Shown here in pieces: positions 37,867 through 52,558 of a DNA stretch of 64,000 nucleotides. Source of the DNA: Balanoglossus misakiensis. Lineage: Eukaryota > Animalia > Hemichordata. A program made the position numbers and the translations under genes. Below the pieces are notes generated by a model. It saw only the letters and a program-made list of their open reading frames with translations, had not been told where the DNA came from and ran no database searches. The stretch is taken from NCBI GenBank assembly GCA_040954595.2, contig CM082581.2:496001-560000 (forward strand), given 5' to 3'. Each line of letters starts with the position of its first letter. Position 1 is the stretch's first letter.

Positions 37867-38664
37867 GATGGGTCCCCGGGATCTTTTTGCTCGTTGCTAT
37901 GGGCCTTTGCAGGACATTACACCCCGATTTGGACTAAGCCGTTTTCAGAGTCTAACAAGGGGCTGGTAAATAGTTGAAAATCTGCACGATTGTGAGCGCG
38001 CGCCCCCTGACGCCATTGATATGCAAATTAGCTAGGTCAAATTTCAAAAGCCTAAGGCTTTTTATTCCGTGACCTCAAAAACGAACTTGAGACGTATTCA
38101 TTAGTTGCTTGAACCAGGGAAGATCGTGACGGATTTTGTTTTCGAATATTAACGTTGTATCCTACGATTTCAGCATACCCGTACCACACCTGAAAAAGTC
38201 ATCGATTTTGGGTGTTTTTGGACGCACTCTTCCACCGGTATCGCTTCTTAGCACGACGAAAACCAAAAAAAAAACGATCCGTCACACTGTGCGGAAGTGC
38301 GTTCTCAACAAGCAGGTCAAATTTGACTGGCGTACGTGGCCTATGAAAAAAGCCTTAGGGATTTTCGTGAACGGTACAAAATCTCTGTGTACAAAACATT
38401 GGATTTTAAGCGTTCGATCCAGTTACTGTGGTTACAGGACGCGCACGCTATCGCTGACCGCTGCTTTGCCGTATTAGCGTGGCGGCCTATGGCCGGGCGG
38501 TAGCTGCCGTAAACATACTTGGACAGGGGGTGTGCACACAATCGTGTGTATTTTTAACTAGATACAAGCCCCTTGTCGGACGTTCATAACGGTTTCGATC
38601 AAAATTGAGTGTAGTGTCCTATAAAGGCCCATAGCAACGGGCAAAAAGATCCCAGGGACCCATC
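37867..38664. mobile_element. 798-bp MITE with TTAA target duplication (Kolobok- or Sola3-like termini GA...TC)
   Basis: TTAA at 37863-37866 and 38665-38668 (single TTAA in empty units: cccgaatTTAAccaggg). ~42-bp TIR gatgggtccccgggatctttttgctcgttgctatgggccttt with 2 mismatches. No transposase ORF. The superfamily is inferred from termini only. Confidence 0.88.
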
Positions 38665-41600
38665 TTAACCAGGGCGTTTCAAACACCGACGTTAGTTGGG
38701 GGCACGGCCTGCAGTACTGCCGGGTAAGCTGACATCGGCGTACCGCATATAATGTATGGGGGGGGAGGGGGAGAAACAGAACGGTTCAATACTACATTTA
38801 TTAGATATCAGCTAATTTTGGACAATCATCTAAATCATTTTTTCATATTTGGATATCTGATGATGTATGAAATTTCCATTATATGTAAAAATGGTGCTGA
38901 TTATAAAAAATGCACTCTGATTTAATACAAAATTTCGTTTTATTCGTTTTTGCACCAAAAAGGTCATTTTTAGGCAAAACATTCTTTATTTTATTAATTC
39001 GGTGACCTGATCATATATAAACAATTGCTCGTATGTTAAAAGTGTTTATGACTTTTAAAAGCAGTGACACTGGCGGCATTCAACACGAAAATAACAATTT
39101 TAGCCACAATTTGGTCAAAATGGTAAATTTTTGAAAATTACAAAAAATACCTTTTTCTACATTTTCGGAAATCTGATGGAGTATAGAATGCTCTTCGTAT
39201 GTAAATATCGATACAAATTCCACAAAAGACAGTCTCACTGCAGACAAAATTGCATGTTATCAAATTTTGCTTGAAAATGTCATTTTTAGAAAAAAAAATA
39301 AAAAAACCTTTGTTCTTCGAATTTGGTGTCCTGATCATATATGACATGTTGATTGTATGTTAAAACTTTCGACCAGTCCAAAAATGCAGAGATATTGACG
39401 GAATTCAAGAAAAAATAGCCATTTTGGCCATATTTTGACAAAATGGTACATTTGTAAAAAATCATAAAAAATAAACTCTTTTCTTCATTTTCGGAAATAT
39501 TATGGAGCATGAAGTGTCGTTCTCTTGTAAAAAGTGCTGCAAATTCCAGAAAAGGCGGTATAATTTGAATCACCCAAGACAAAATTACCATTTTCGACTT
39601 TTTTTCGAAAAATTGTCTTTTTTACAAAATAAATAAGAATAAATTCTTTTCTTAGTTTTAAACGGGTAGAGATACTTTCCACACGGGTTTTCTAACATTG
39701 AATTCCCGTTCATCAACTCAGATTTCCTACAGCATAAGTGGGCTAAAACCCTGACACTCTAGAGCAGAAACAGTTGCACACTGGTAACGTTGAACAAGTC
39801 GATTTTTCTACGGCCTGGCTCGGCTAAATCTCCGTCACAATATGACAGACACTAGCGTACGTTAGCAACGGTGATCAAGTCAGATTTTCTACGGCATGGC
39901 TTGGCTAAAGCCCTGGCAGTCTAGAGCAGAAACACGCGTACAGAGACCACGTTGATCTACTAACATTTCCTTTGGCCTGGCACGGCTGATGCCCTGGCAC
40001 TATATATCAGACACAGACTGGCGTAAGTTAACAACGGTAATCACATCGGGTTTCCTACGGCCTGGCTCAGCTGAAGCCCCGGCACTCTAGAGCAGAAACA
40101 GGCGTACATTGACCACGTTGATCAAGTCAGATTTCCTACGGCGTGACTCGGCTGGTGCACCGGCTCTATATGACACAGACTGGCGTAAGTTGTCAACGGT
40201 GATTACGTCGGATTTCCTACGGCCTGGTTTAGCTGAAGCCCCGGCACTTTAGATCGGAAACACGCGTACATTGACCACGATGATCAAGTCAGATCTCCTA
40301 CGGCCTGGATCGACTAAAACCCCGGCACACAATGACAGACACTAGCGTTCGTTAGCAACGGTGATCAAGTCGGATTTCCTTCGGCCTGGCTCTGCAAAAG
40401 ACCCGACACTCTAGTACAAAGACGTTGGCTAAGTCGGGCAAACCGAAGAGGGAAAGTCACAGCGGGTCAACACTCGACATTTGTTCGGTTAGGACTGCAT
40501 TATTGCTTGTCAATTTATAGAGAAAGCCCGAATTAAACCAGGGCGTTTCAAACACCGACGTTAGTTGGGGGCACGGCCTGCAGTACTGCCGGGTAAGCTG
40601 ACATCGGCGTACCTCATATAATGTAGGGGGGGGGGGGGTGGAACGGTTCAATACTACATTTATTAGATATCAGCTAATTTTGGACAATCATCTAAAATCT
40701 AAATTATTTGGATATCTGATGATGTATGAAATTTCCATTATATGTAAAAATGGTGCTGATTATAAAATATGCACTCTGATTTAATACAAAATTGCGTTTT
40801 ATTCGTTTTTGCACCAAAAAGGTCATTTTTAGGCAAAACAGTCTTTATTTTTTTAATTCGGTGACCTGATCATATATAAACAATTGCTTGTATGTTAAAA
40901 GTTTTTATGACTTTTAAAAGCAGTGACACTGGCGGCATTCAATACGAAAATAACAATTTTATCCACAATTTGGTCAAAATGGTAAATTTTTGAAAATTAC
41001 AAAAAATACCTGTTTTCTACATTTTCGGAAATCTGATGGAGTATATAATGCTCTTCGTATGTATATATCGATACAAATTCCACAAAAGACCGTCTAATTT
41101 GGCTCACTGCAGACAAAATTGCGTTTTACCAAATTTTCCTTGAAAATGTCATTTTTAGAAAAAAATAAATAAAAAAACCTTTGTTCTTCGAATTTGGTGC
41201 CCTGATCATATATGACATGTTGATTGTATGTTAAAACTTTCGACCACTCCAAATATGCAGAGATATTGACGGAATTCAAGAAAAAATAGCCATTTTGGCC
41301 ATATTTTGACAAACATGGTGAATTTTTAAAAAATCATGAAAAATTAATTCTCTTCTTCATTTTCGGAAATATTATGGAGCATGAAGTGTCGTTCTCTTGT
41401 AAAAAGTGCTGCAAATTCCAGAAAAGGCGGTATAATGTGAATCACCCAAGACAAAATTACCATTTTCGACTTTTTTTCGAAAAATTGTCTTTTTTACAAA
41501 ATAAATAAGAATAAATTCTTTTCTTAGTTTCAAACGGGTAGAGATACTTTCCACACGGGTTTTCTAACATTGAATTCCCGTTCATCAACTCAGATTTCCT

Positions 41601-44120
41601 ACAGCATAAGTCGGCTAAAACCCTGACACTCTAGAGAAGAAACAGTTGCACACTGGTAACGTTGAACAAGTCGATTTTTCTACGGCCTGGCTCGGCTAAA
41701 TCTCCGTCTGACTCACAATATGACAGACACTAGCGTACGTTAGCAACGGTGATCAAGTCAGATTTTCTACGGCAGGGCTTGGATAAAGCCCCGGCACTCA
41801 AGAGCAAAAACACGCGTACAGAGACCACGTTGATCAAGTCTGATCTCCTACGGCTTGGCTCGACTAAAACCCCGGCACACTACGACAGACACTAGCGTTC
41901 GTTAGCAACGTTGATCAAGTGAGATTTCCTACGGCATGGCTTGGCTAAAGCCCCGGCACTCTAGAGCAGAAACACGCGTACAGAGACCACGTTGATCTAC
42001 TCACATTTCCTTCGGCCTGGCACGGCTGATGCCCCGGCACTATATATAGGACACAGACTGGCGTAAGTTAACAACGGTAATCACGTCGGGTTTCCTACGG
42101 CCTGGCTCAGCTGAAGCCCCGGCACTCTTGAGCAGAAACAGGCGTACAGAGACCACATTGATCTACTCACATTTCCTTCGGCCTGGCTCGGCTGGTGAAC
42201 CGGCTCTATATGACACAGACTGGCGTAAGTTATCAACGGTAATCACGTCGGGTTTCCTACGGCCTGGCTCAGCTGAAGCCCCGGCACTCTAGAGCAGAAA
42301 CAGGCGTACATTGACCACGTTGATCAAGTCTGATCTCCTACGGCTTGGCTCGACTAAAACCCCGGCACACTATCACATACACTAGCGTTCGTTAGCAACG
42401 TTGATCAAGTCAGATTTCCTACGGTATGGCTTGGCTAAATCCCTGGCACTCTAGAGCAGAAACACGCGTACAGAGACCACATTGATCTACTCACATTTCC
42501 TTCGGCCTGGCTCGGCTGGTGAACCGGCTCTATATGACACAGACTGGCGTAAGTTATCAACGGTGATTACGTCGGATTTCCTACGGCCTGGTTTAGCTGA
42601 AGCCCCGGCACTTTAGAGCGGAAACACGCGTACATTGACCACGATGATCAAGTCAGATCTCCTACGGCCTGGCTCGACTAAAACCCCGGCACACCATGAC
42701 AGACACTAGCGTTCGTTATCAACGGTGATCAAGTCGGATTTCCTTCGGCCTGGCTCTGCAAAAGACCCGACACTCTAGTACAAAGACGTTGGCTAAGTCG
42801 GGCAAACCGAAGAGGGAAAGTCACAGCGGGTCAACACTCGACATTTGTTCTGGTAGGACTGCATTATTGCCTGTCAATTTATAGATAAAGCCCGAATTTA
42901 ACCAGGGCGTTTCAAACACCGACGTTAGTTGGGGGCCCGGCCTGCAGTACTGCCGGGTAAGCTGACATCGGCGTACCGCATATAATGTAGGGGGGGGGGA
43001 ACAGACCGCTTCAATACTACATTTATTAGATATCAGCTAATTTTGGACAATCATCTAAAATCTAAATCATTTTTTCATATTTGGATATCTGATGATGTAT
43101 GAAATTTCCATTATATGTAAAAATGGTGCTGATTATAAAAAATGCACTCTGAATGAGCTGATTTAATACAAAATTGCGTTTTATTCGTTTTTGCACCAAA
43201 AATGTCATTTTTAGGCAAAACATTCTTTATTTTTTTTAATTCGGTGACCTGATCATATATAAACAATTGCTTGTATGTTAAAAGTTTTTATGACTTTTAA
43301 AAGCAGTGACACTGGCGGCATTCAACACGAAAATAACAATTTTAGCAATAATTTGGTCAAAATGGTAAATTTTTGAAAATTACAAAAAATACCTGTTTTC
43401 TATATTTTCGGAAATCTGATGGAGTATAGAATGCTCTTCGTATGTATATATCGATACAAATTCCACAGAAGACCGTCTAATGTTGCTCACTGCAGACAAA
43501 ATTGCGTTTTACCAAATTTTCCTTGAAAATGTCATTTTTAGAAGAAAAAAAACAAAAAAACCTTTGTTCTTCGAATTTGGTGCCCTGATCATATATGACA
43601 TGTTGATTGTATGTTAAAACTTTCGACCACTCCAAAAATGCAGAGATATTGATGGAATTCAAGAAAAAATAGCCATTTTGGCCATATTTTGACAAAAATG
43701 GTAAATTTTTAAAAAATCATAAAAAATTAACTCTTTTCTTCATTTTCGGAAATATTATTGAGCATGAAGTGTCGTTCTCTTGTAAAAAGTGCTGCAAATT
43801 CCAGAAAAGGCGGTATAATTTGAATCACCCAAGACAAAATTTCCATTTTCGACTTTTTTTCGAAAAATTGTCTTTTTTACAAATTAAATAAGAATAAATT
43901 CTTTTCTTAGATTCAAACGGGTAGAGATACTTTCCACACGGGTTTTCTAACATTGAATTCCCGTTCATCAACTCAGATTTCCTACAGCATAAGTCGGCTA
44001 AAACCCTGACACTCTAGAGCAGAAACAGTTGCACACTGGTAACGTTGAACAAGTCGATTTTTCTACGGCCTGGCTCGGCTAAATCTCCGTCACAATATGA
44101 CAGATACTAGCGTATGTTAG
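38665..44120. repeat. Macrosatellite array, segment 5
   Basis: G-run markers at ~38758, ~40626 and ~42990. Confidence 0.95.
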
Positions 44121-45496
44121 TGTTACCCTTGCAAAATTCCAATAAAAACGATGGGCTAGCTGGGCGTGAGCAAACTCGACAAGGGTAATCAACAAGTTTC
44201 GTTCATGTGAGTTGGGTCGTAGGATTCGTGGTGATTGCAGTAGCTTTGGGAACACAGGGCGAGTGAAGGGGGTGTGGACAAAATGACACAAAGACACTTT
44301 ATATCCAATGAAAGAAGTATAATTAATAGTAAGTCTATCAACATCAGAGATGTAACAAGAGCTCTATCAAAACCTGTTTCATTAACAAGTAACACCTTCC
44401 TGAAGAAAACTGGCGTGGCACAACCTGCCGCGAGTCCGGTCAAAGTTCAACAGTTTATAAACGAACGTGACGCACAATCGAGTTCTGGCGATGAGGGCGC
44501 TGTCCCGCACTCAACAGTCGCGTCGATCCGCTTCCAAAATCCAACGGAGAGAATCCTCTAACAATCAATGCAAATATCTCAAAGTTCGCTCGTCGCAAAC
44601 GCTCCGAGTGTATCCAGGCGTAAAGCGGAGCTTGATGACGAAGCGCTGATCAGTTCCGTGATCGGCAAATCGATCGTAGGGTCGAGTGTTCCTGCTCGTA
44701 TATGATTCGTTCAAAGTTTGTAGACGTTGGGGGTCAAACAATGCGGCTCATTGCATTCCCCACACGCCGTGGTTCGAAGAACCTAGAAAGGCCGTAAGTT
44801 TATCAAATCCAGTCCGATTTTACATGATTAGCGTTAATGAGATCGTACTTACATCAGCTTTCAGTTCGTGAAGCATCGACGTTGAGAAACCTGCGCGAGT
44901 ACCCGTAATCGTTGGATCTCGGCGATCGGTGTCTCAGTAATCAGCGTGACAATAACAATGGTTCGTTCAGGTACAGCAGACCTGTCGTTCGAAATAGTCG
45001 ATGAAATGCTTCTTACGTAGGGATCTCACGAAGACTAGCTCAAATAATGTTAGTTAACATCCGGCTCTCCTCGATTCCCATTCAAGATGCAATTTCGCCG
45101 TACGATTCTGCCGATGGTTCGGATTTTTGTGGAGATTCCACTCTCGTCAATACAATCGGACAACGGCCATATTAAAAAGTTCCCTTTTTACTCACTAGTT
45201 CATCGCCGTATTACACCCGCCAAACCTTTGACTGAATACACGCGGTACTGCCTGGACGGAACAAATTCAACTTTCCAGTAGCAAATATTCGATCAATAAC
45301 AATAAAAGAGCTTTCATACAGAAACATCATAACTCGAAATCGAATACCTCACGAGAAATACAGTCAACACCTGCGGACTACTTCAATTGCGTAATCACAA
45401 TAAACAGGTAAAGTCAGTAATCAAAAATGTATCAAATATACGATATAGGCGGGGTCATTCCACTATGCTCTGAGGGGTGCAAATTCAATGGTATCA
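44121..45496 (-). repeat. 3' LTR of Gypsy element 1
   Basis: About 5 substitutions seen versus the other LTR. Confidence 0.95.
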
Positions 45497-45914
45497 CACT
45501 GCCCCAAGTCAGCATAGGGACGATTTACTATGCTTACTTCCCGACAAAAAACAAGCTCAATAAGTTTGCCTTCGTTCGACAATGAAACACAGAACATGAG
45601 CGTAAATACAAACACTACATCAACGAGACTCAATATCGAAACATTCTCGTCGGCATAGGCATCGTGCCTGTAAAACGAGTGACTCGAGTCATCCTCAGAT
45701 GCACTTTCGATGAAACAAGCTACACAATCCTGTTGCAGTAGGGTAGGCAGAGTCTCGATCAGTGAACCTGAAAGAGTAATCAGAAAAATGTAAGCGCGCA
45801 GAGTTCGCTGGGCAACGCAGGAGGCGCAGGACCCTATGACGCGGCTAATCTAAATAGCAAATCTGCAAAGGTACACAAAGCAACCTTCGAACCGCACCCT
45901 TACTTACCTGGCAT
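45463..45914 (-). CDS. Candidate spliced small accessory ORF (~103 aa, one hydrophobic segment); exons 45914-45908 and 45767-45463
   Basis: ATG CCA G|gtaagta ... catttttctgattactctttcag|GT TCA..., open to TAG at 45465-45463. Contains ILSLVDVVFVFTLMFCVSL. No homology support. Confidence 0.3.
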
Positions 45915-45989
45915 TAAGCACGTATCAGATACAGTCAAGAATAGCTAATGTGAATCCAGCGTACACCCCTACATCCACATTCCCTATAC

Positions 45990-48900
45990 TTACATGTATA
46001 TTCCACTGGCCATCATTTCGAGTATTTTCATGGTTATGTCGTGGTTTCTGCTATTCGACGAGGTCAGTCTTCCATGAGAAACTTCATCCTCATGATCAAT
46101 CCTCGGTAAATCAAAAGATGGCCTCTTCCCAATACTAGAATTCCTCAAAGTGCTTCTACCACCTTTGTCACGTTTGACCAATCGTGAGCACCATCCATAG
46201 TACTTGGGTGGTCTTCGAGTTCTCGTTGATCGACGCATAGGTCGGACCACACTTCCTCCTTCCTCGGCAATCGACGACTCCTCGTCAGCGTCAGAACAAT
46301 CACCATGGGTATCAGCTAAGTCACTTCCCACTGGTTGCTCCTTCCCCATAGTCTCTTTCCTAGTTCCTACATTTCCACTACTAATCGACGCATCAGTGAT
46401 ATTCACACCTACATCACTCAGAGGAATATTTTGATGTGTCACTTCTGCTCTGTCAGCAATTCCATCGGACTTCCCAGCAGACGATACGTCCATACTATCT
46501 GCACGCAAGCCTGTTACAGGATCATCAGGGCTTTGCACCTGCCCTGAAGAATCGCTCATATCCATCATGCTCGGTTCAGGAGAATCTTGCTCCACGCTCA
46601 CACATGCATCGTTGTCGCTTCTGTCCATAGAATTAAGGGTAACTTCAGTTGTACCTTCTAAGCGCACAGGTCTAACTCTCCCAGGCCTAAAGGGTCGCGA
46701 TTCAGGATTGAGCACATAGCCTCGTTCACTCTGTGAGGATGAACTTCGTTCCGACTCCGTACTCTCAGGAATGGCCCTATCCTGAGAGCGTTCACTCATT
46801 TCGTCTTCTGTATAACTCAACAGCGGTCGATCACAGCAAGGTTTCAGCAAATTCCTGTGGACCGTCTGTGTCTTCGAGGTTTTCGTTGAACGTATAACAT
46901 ATACTGGCAAATCAGGACTCAGCCTTCTCACCACAACATATGGACTTTCCTCCCACCGATCGGCGATCTTGTGTTGACCTCGTATACTCACGTTCCTGCG
47001 TAACACTCGATCACCTTCTTTAAGCACCACCTCTCTAACTTTCTGGTCATAGCGCTCTTTACTCGCTTGGGCTGACTTCTCTGCAGCTCGTTTCGCAATC
47101 TGAAATACTTTGTCCATCCTGGATCTCAAGTCGGCGATATACTTTGTCGGCGTCGTAGGATCCCTGCTTTCTGGTGACGTTCCGAATCGCACATCCAGTG
47201 CTATCTTCGCATGTCTTCCGAACAACAAGTGGTAAGGTGTAAAACCCGTCGTGTCATGAACAGTGCAGTTGTACGCATGTACCAACGGCTTCACATAATC
47301 CTTCCATCTAGCCTTCTGCTCGTTCTCGAGCGTACCCAACATATTAAGGAGAGTACAGTTGAATCTTTCAGTCTGAGCGTGGTACGTGACTTTTTGATGT
47401 CTAGTAACTGGCACAATTCCTGTATCACTCGCGACTCAAAATTCCGACCACGATCAGACAGGATTCGTTCCGGACATCCATATGGTAGCATGAAGTGTTC
47501 CCATAGGTTCTTGGCTGTCGTTTTCGCGGTCTGGTTCGGTGTAGGTATGGCTACAGCAAACTTCGAGAAGTGATCAGTAATTACCAACAGGTCTTTGGTC
47601 CCTCCTTTACTCTCTTCAAGGCTCAAGAAATCCATGCATAGAAGTTCGAGGGGCTGTGAAGTTTCAATACTCACCATCGGAGCACGTGTCTTTAATCCCG
47701 CCTCGTCCTTCCTTCGAGTACATCTCCTGCATGTACGAATGTATTTCTTCATATCAGCTGACATAAGAGGCCAATAAAACCTAGCCCTCAATAAATCAAT
47801 CGCTCGATCCTGTCCCAGGTGTCCACAGTCGTCGTGCACCCCTTTCATTGCCTCCTGGCGAAACTCGTGTGGTAGCACCAATTGGTAGTAGACCTCTCCA
47901 CTAGATGATGTCCTCGCTCTATACAAAACATCATCACGGAAACAGAATTTACTCCAATCTCTCAGTGCCATTCTGACTTCTCGCGGTTCCTGTGCTCGCT
48001 GTGTCCTTGTCAGTTTACCTTTACCCCCAGTCTTCGCGTGAACCAAGGCTCGTATGCGCCGTACGGTCACATCCCTGTCCTGTAACTTCGCCCATTGGTC
48101 CATCGCAATCGTAGGTAATGTTGCTTCTCCTGGCATCCCCGGCGGTTCATCCATGTCCTTTGGTATCGCTCGTGCTGAGGCAGCTAAGGCTTCAATCCAT
48201 GGTGTATCTTCATCTCCATCAGACAAACATGGCTCCCCCACTGCCTGCACCTCATCAGGAGTCATCGCTACAGTTTCCTGGAAACGTCTCTCAGACTCAT
48301 CAAATCCTTGAGCCCTGCCATCGGGTCGTCGCGAGAGCCCGTCCGCATCACCATTCCTTAGGCCGGGTCGGTAGTGAATCTTCAATTTATACTGAGATAA
48401 AGCATTCCACCACCTCTGTCCTGTCGCATCAAGTTTCGCTGTACTTGCTACGTATGTCAGTGGATTATTGTCGGTCAATACCGTGACATCATTGCCAAAG
48501 CAGTAATCACGAAACTTTTCCGTAACAGACCATTTCAAAGCCAGAAATTCCAGCTTGTGGGCCGGGTAGTTCTTCTCACTGGCAGTGAGGCTCCGGCTGG
48601 CATACGCAACTGGTCGCAGTCTTTCTCGTCCATCTGCCTCTTCGATTGACTGGTATGAGGCAGCTCCTAGTCCTGTCAAGCTCGCGTCTGTGTGAAGCTC
48701 AAACGGTCGCGTATAGTCGGCGTAGGCCAAAACCGGAGCTGAAGTCAGCTTGTCAATGATCAGCTCGAAGGCTTCCTGGCACGCATCTGTCCACTGGTAT
48801 GGGGGTGGTCGTTTCCTTTCTCCCCCATTTTTCCTCTTCGTTGGGTAACCTACGGTCAAAGCGTGCAATGGTCGGGCAATCGATGAGTATCCCTGTACGA

Positions 48901-51900
48901 ATCTACGGTAATACCCCGTAAATCCTAAGAATGTCCTCAGCTCTTTCACGTTGGTGGGTACTGGCCATGTCCTCAATGCCTCCGTCTTGTCGGGGTCGGT
49001 CTCAACTCCATTTGACGACACTACATGTCCCAAGTACTTTATCTTTTCGTGAAAAAGCTGACACTTGGTATGTTTTATCTTCAAGTCACATTCTCGTAGT
49101 CGCTTGAGAACCTTGTCAACTCGGTCCACATGTTCCTCGAATGTTTCAGAAAAGATAATCACATCATCCATGTAGACCATGCAAATCCTCATGTTGTAAT
49201 CTCCTATACATTGTTCCACGACGCGTTGACATGTAGCTCCGGCGTTCATGAGTCCGAAGGGCATTACAACAAATTCGTAGAAACCGAATGGGGTGGCAAA
49301 CGCTGTCTTTGGGATGTCCTTCTCCGACATAGCTATTTGCCAAAATCCACTTTTTAAGTCGATCGATGTAAACCATTTCGCGCCACTCAAAACATCCAGT
49401 CCCTCCTCAATACGAGGTAGAGCATACGCGTCAGGAGTCGTCTGCGCATTCAGACGTCTATAATCTACACATATACGAGTGGTTCCGTCTTTCTTTGCCA
49501 CAAGGACGAGAGGAGAAGACCAAGGACTTTTTGATGGTCGTATCACCCCATTGTCCAACATTCCTCCTATCTGCACTCGGATCTCGTCATATAAAGCTGG
49601 AGGAATCCGACGATACGGTTGTTTGACTGGACGTTCATCTTTCAAGTTGATCTCATGTTTGTGGATCGTACATCTTTCTAGGTCGCCGTCACTGGTCGAA
49701 AATGATCCAATGTTACGTTCCAGAACATCCTGTATCTTTATCATCTGATCCTGGTCAACCGGTGAACCGGTCACATCAAAGGACAATCCTCCAACCGTCA
49801 CCTCTCTCGCTTCCAAAGGTTCGTCGTGAATTCCATTATCCTTGGTGTCCCTTCGCGGCTGCACTTCTATTCCTCGTACCGCCTTCACTGTAGCAACAAC
49901 CTGTCTCGGCTTGATGACGATGGGTTTGTCAGTTTCATTTTTTATTACCACAGGCACGGCTGACGAGCGTTTCCCACACTCAGCGATCGTCACCATAGGG
50001 TTCAGAGTCCATCCTTTGTGTTCATTCCAGTCACAGGCATCACCTAACAGCACTTCATGTTTCTCTCCTTTGGGACCAGCCTTCATGCTCCCTCGAATGG
50101 TATGTGCAGTACGTGGCTCCAGTGTCACCCGTTCGCTTACTGCCGCTCGCACTACTCCCATGTTTCCGTATGGTCCATAGAACTGTTCACGAGCGCGTAG
50201 GATTGCAATAGCCCTTCTCGCTACTGGCTTCATCCTGCTCATTGTCCTACCACCATCGTTCAACATCTTCATCGTCATGTAACGATTCAACCAGTTGGTT
50301 CCCGCCAACACCGGCACTCGATCATTGTTCTCAGTTCCTTTCACTACCAGTGCCAATAGACTGAAAGTGGTATCATCATTGAAGACGTGACTAGGGAAGC
50401 TAACCTCAACCTCTATCACACCAACGTACTGTACAACATCATCAGTTACACCTGCGATCTCGAGAACTTCATCCAACGGAGTGAATGGCACATCGGACAA
50501 GTATCGACGATAGTAGTCTTCACTGATCATGGTAACTTGTGATCCTGTGTCCACTTGAGCCAAACATTTCCTTCCATTCACAAAGGCGTACTGCTCATTC
50601 AATGGACCAACAATCCGTCCATCAATGGATCTTGGCTTACCTTTTCTCTTTGGGTTCTTTTCACATCGTCGTCTTCCCGTCATGCTCTTGGCTTTCACAG
50701 ATGCGCGTTTTCTTTTTGGGCAACTTGCAGAGGTGTGTCCTTCTTCTTTACATCTACCACATGGCTGCTTGCACTCACGTGACATGTGACCTTCCCCATT
50801 GCAGTTGTAGCAAGTGAATGGCTTTTCTCCACTCTTGTTTCCACTTCGTTCGTCACTTTGATTTGGGGTTCCTCGTCTCGAGTCTGGTTCCTGTGAAATC
50901 CGTGCGGCAACATCACGTGGTCGAGACACGCCGTTTGATGAGACCATCATTGTTGCACGAGCATTCCGGATCTCTTCCATTCCAGCGGCATGTTCCTTTC
51001 GTTGCTGTTCCATAGCCAACTTCACCTGTTCCTGTTGTAATTGCATCGCTTTCAACATCGCAGTCATTTTAACATACATTTCATCACTTTCGTGGTCACG
51101 TGGTTTCTTTTTGTTTGAACGCTCTTCATTGTCGGAATCCGACTCAGACACTTCCTGCTGTTGCTTCACCGCTCTATGTCCTCTTGTCTTCTTTCGCCTA
51201 TCTTCCAACTTCTCTCCAGTTTTCCGTCCATGCGCTCCCTGTACTTCTTGTTCAGCAACACGGATGATCCGTAGCAACTCATCAAAATTCTTGGCATTTT
51301 CATACCGATGCCTGGCGATGTCTTTCACTCGCAGGTCTGTCAGTCCTTCCCACAGGGTAGTACGCAGAATCAAATCCATTTCGCTCTCGCGGACACCTCC
51401 GCGATCATATATACGTCTCAGGTTTATCTCGACGTGACATGCAAATGACGCTGCTGACACACCTTCCTTCTGAAAATCATTGTACAACTGCCGCTTCAAT
51501 GTAGCCGTAGACACAACTACACCATACACAGTTTCTAGTTTATTCAACATCTTTTCAATGGACGGGTCGATTCCCAAACCTAGTATGATCTCACTCGCTT
51601 CACCACGTATGGATTTCCGAACGGCCTGTCGCAGTACGCGATCGCTATGAACGCCACTCTGTCTCATACTCTGTACCTCCCTCAACCAGGACTCATATGA
51701 CATACTATCCTTGCCTTTATGGTCGCCGGTAAAGTTCGGTACCCGTGGTGCTGTATAATTCACTTCGGCAAATGTTCGATGTGTCGGCTCGTACTCATGA
51801 CGTTCCTCGGTTTTGTTACTACTATGCTGTGGCGAAACCTCGGATTCGATTTCTCTATTGCGTCTGTGCTCACGCTCAAGAAGAGATTTTAGCTCGCTTT

Positions 51901-52264
51901 CCAATTCGACTAACCGTTCGCGCTCATCATCAAATTGTGCCGCGCTTTCTGTCAAACTATAATCTTTCAAAGATTGCGGGTGCACACCTGCCGGTTTCCT
52001 CAATCGGCCCCTAAGTGGAGAATATACGCCTCGGCCACCTCCCCGTTTAGGTATTGTCCCCTGGGATAATTTAGAAACGCTGCCTCCCCCAGTGGGTGTC
52101 ATTGTCATTGATCCATGTTCAACAGACTTATCCCCTTTAATATCATCAGTAGTGTCATTTTCTTTATCCCTTGGGTCAGATTCAGGGCCCCCCTTCGCTG
52201 CCATACTCACCTCGCCATCTTCCTCTTTCTTCACCCTAACAACAGTTTCTTGTGCGTCCTCCAT
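45990..52264 (-). pseudogene. Gypsy gag-pol (PNMA-like gag, 2 CCHC knuckles, protease, RT, RNase H, integrase), frameshifted in integrase at ~47385
   Basis: PRVPNFTG..YESW gag; CYNC..H..C; QVDTGSQV; YMDD; TDAS; H-x4-H..CxxC; MDF..SDRG. The conserved PYHPQGNG segment is missing between KSRTT and QTERFN, and the frame changes there. Confidence 0.93.
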
Positions 52265-52558
52265 GTTTCAAATTCGAGAGCTATCTGTCGATAACTCGAG
52301 TCTACAATAACACTCACAAAAATTGAAAGCGTTTGGAAACTATGAATGGTCGGTGTTCCATAAATCAAAGGCAATGGCACATGTACTTAATTTCCTGCTC
52401 GATCAATAAGTGTATCACTCGTCCAACCCTGCTCGTCCTGTGTTTTCGACCGCAAAACCAAACCTCAATGGGCTGAATCAAAATGTCGTCCTTCCCTGTT
52501 GTCAATTTGTAAGAAACAGTAAAATGACAAAACTCTACTGGGAAAACTTTCCAATCCA

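Noticed and set aside
44189-45281. Short ORFs in the Gypsy LTRs, duplicated at 52650-53742
   Set aside because: Duplicated only because they lie in LTRs, with no recognisable motifs.
45901-45913. TACTTACCTGGCA, matching the U1 snRNA 5' end
   Set aside because: Similarity stops after ~13 nt. It is better explained as a perfect splice donor on the opposite strand.
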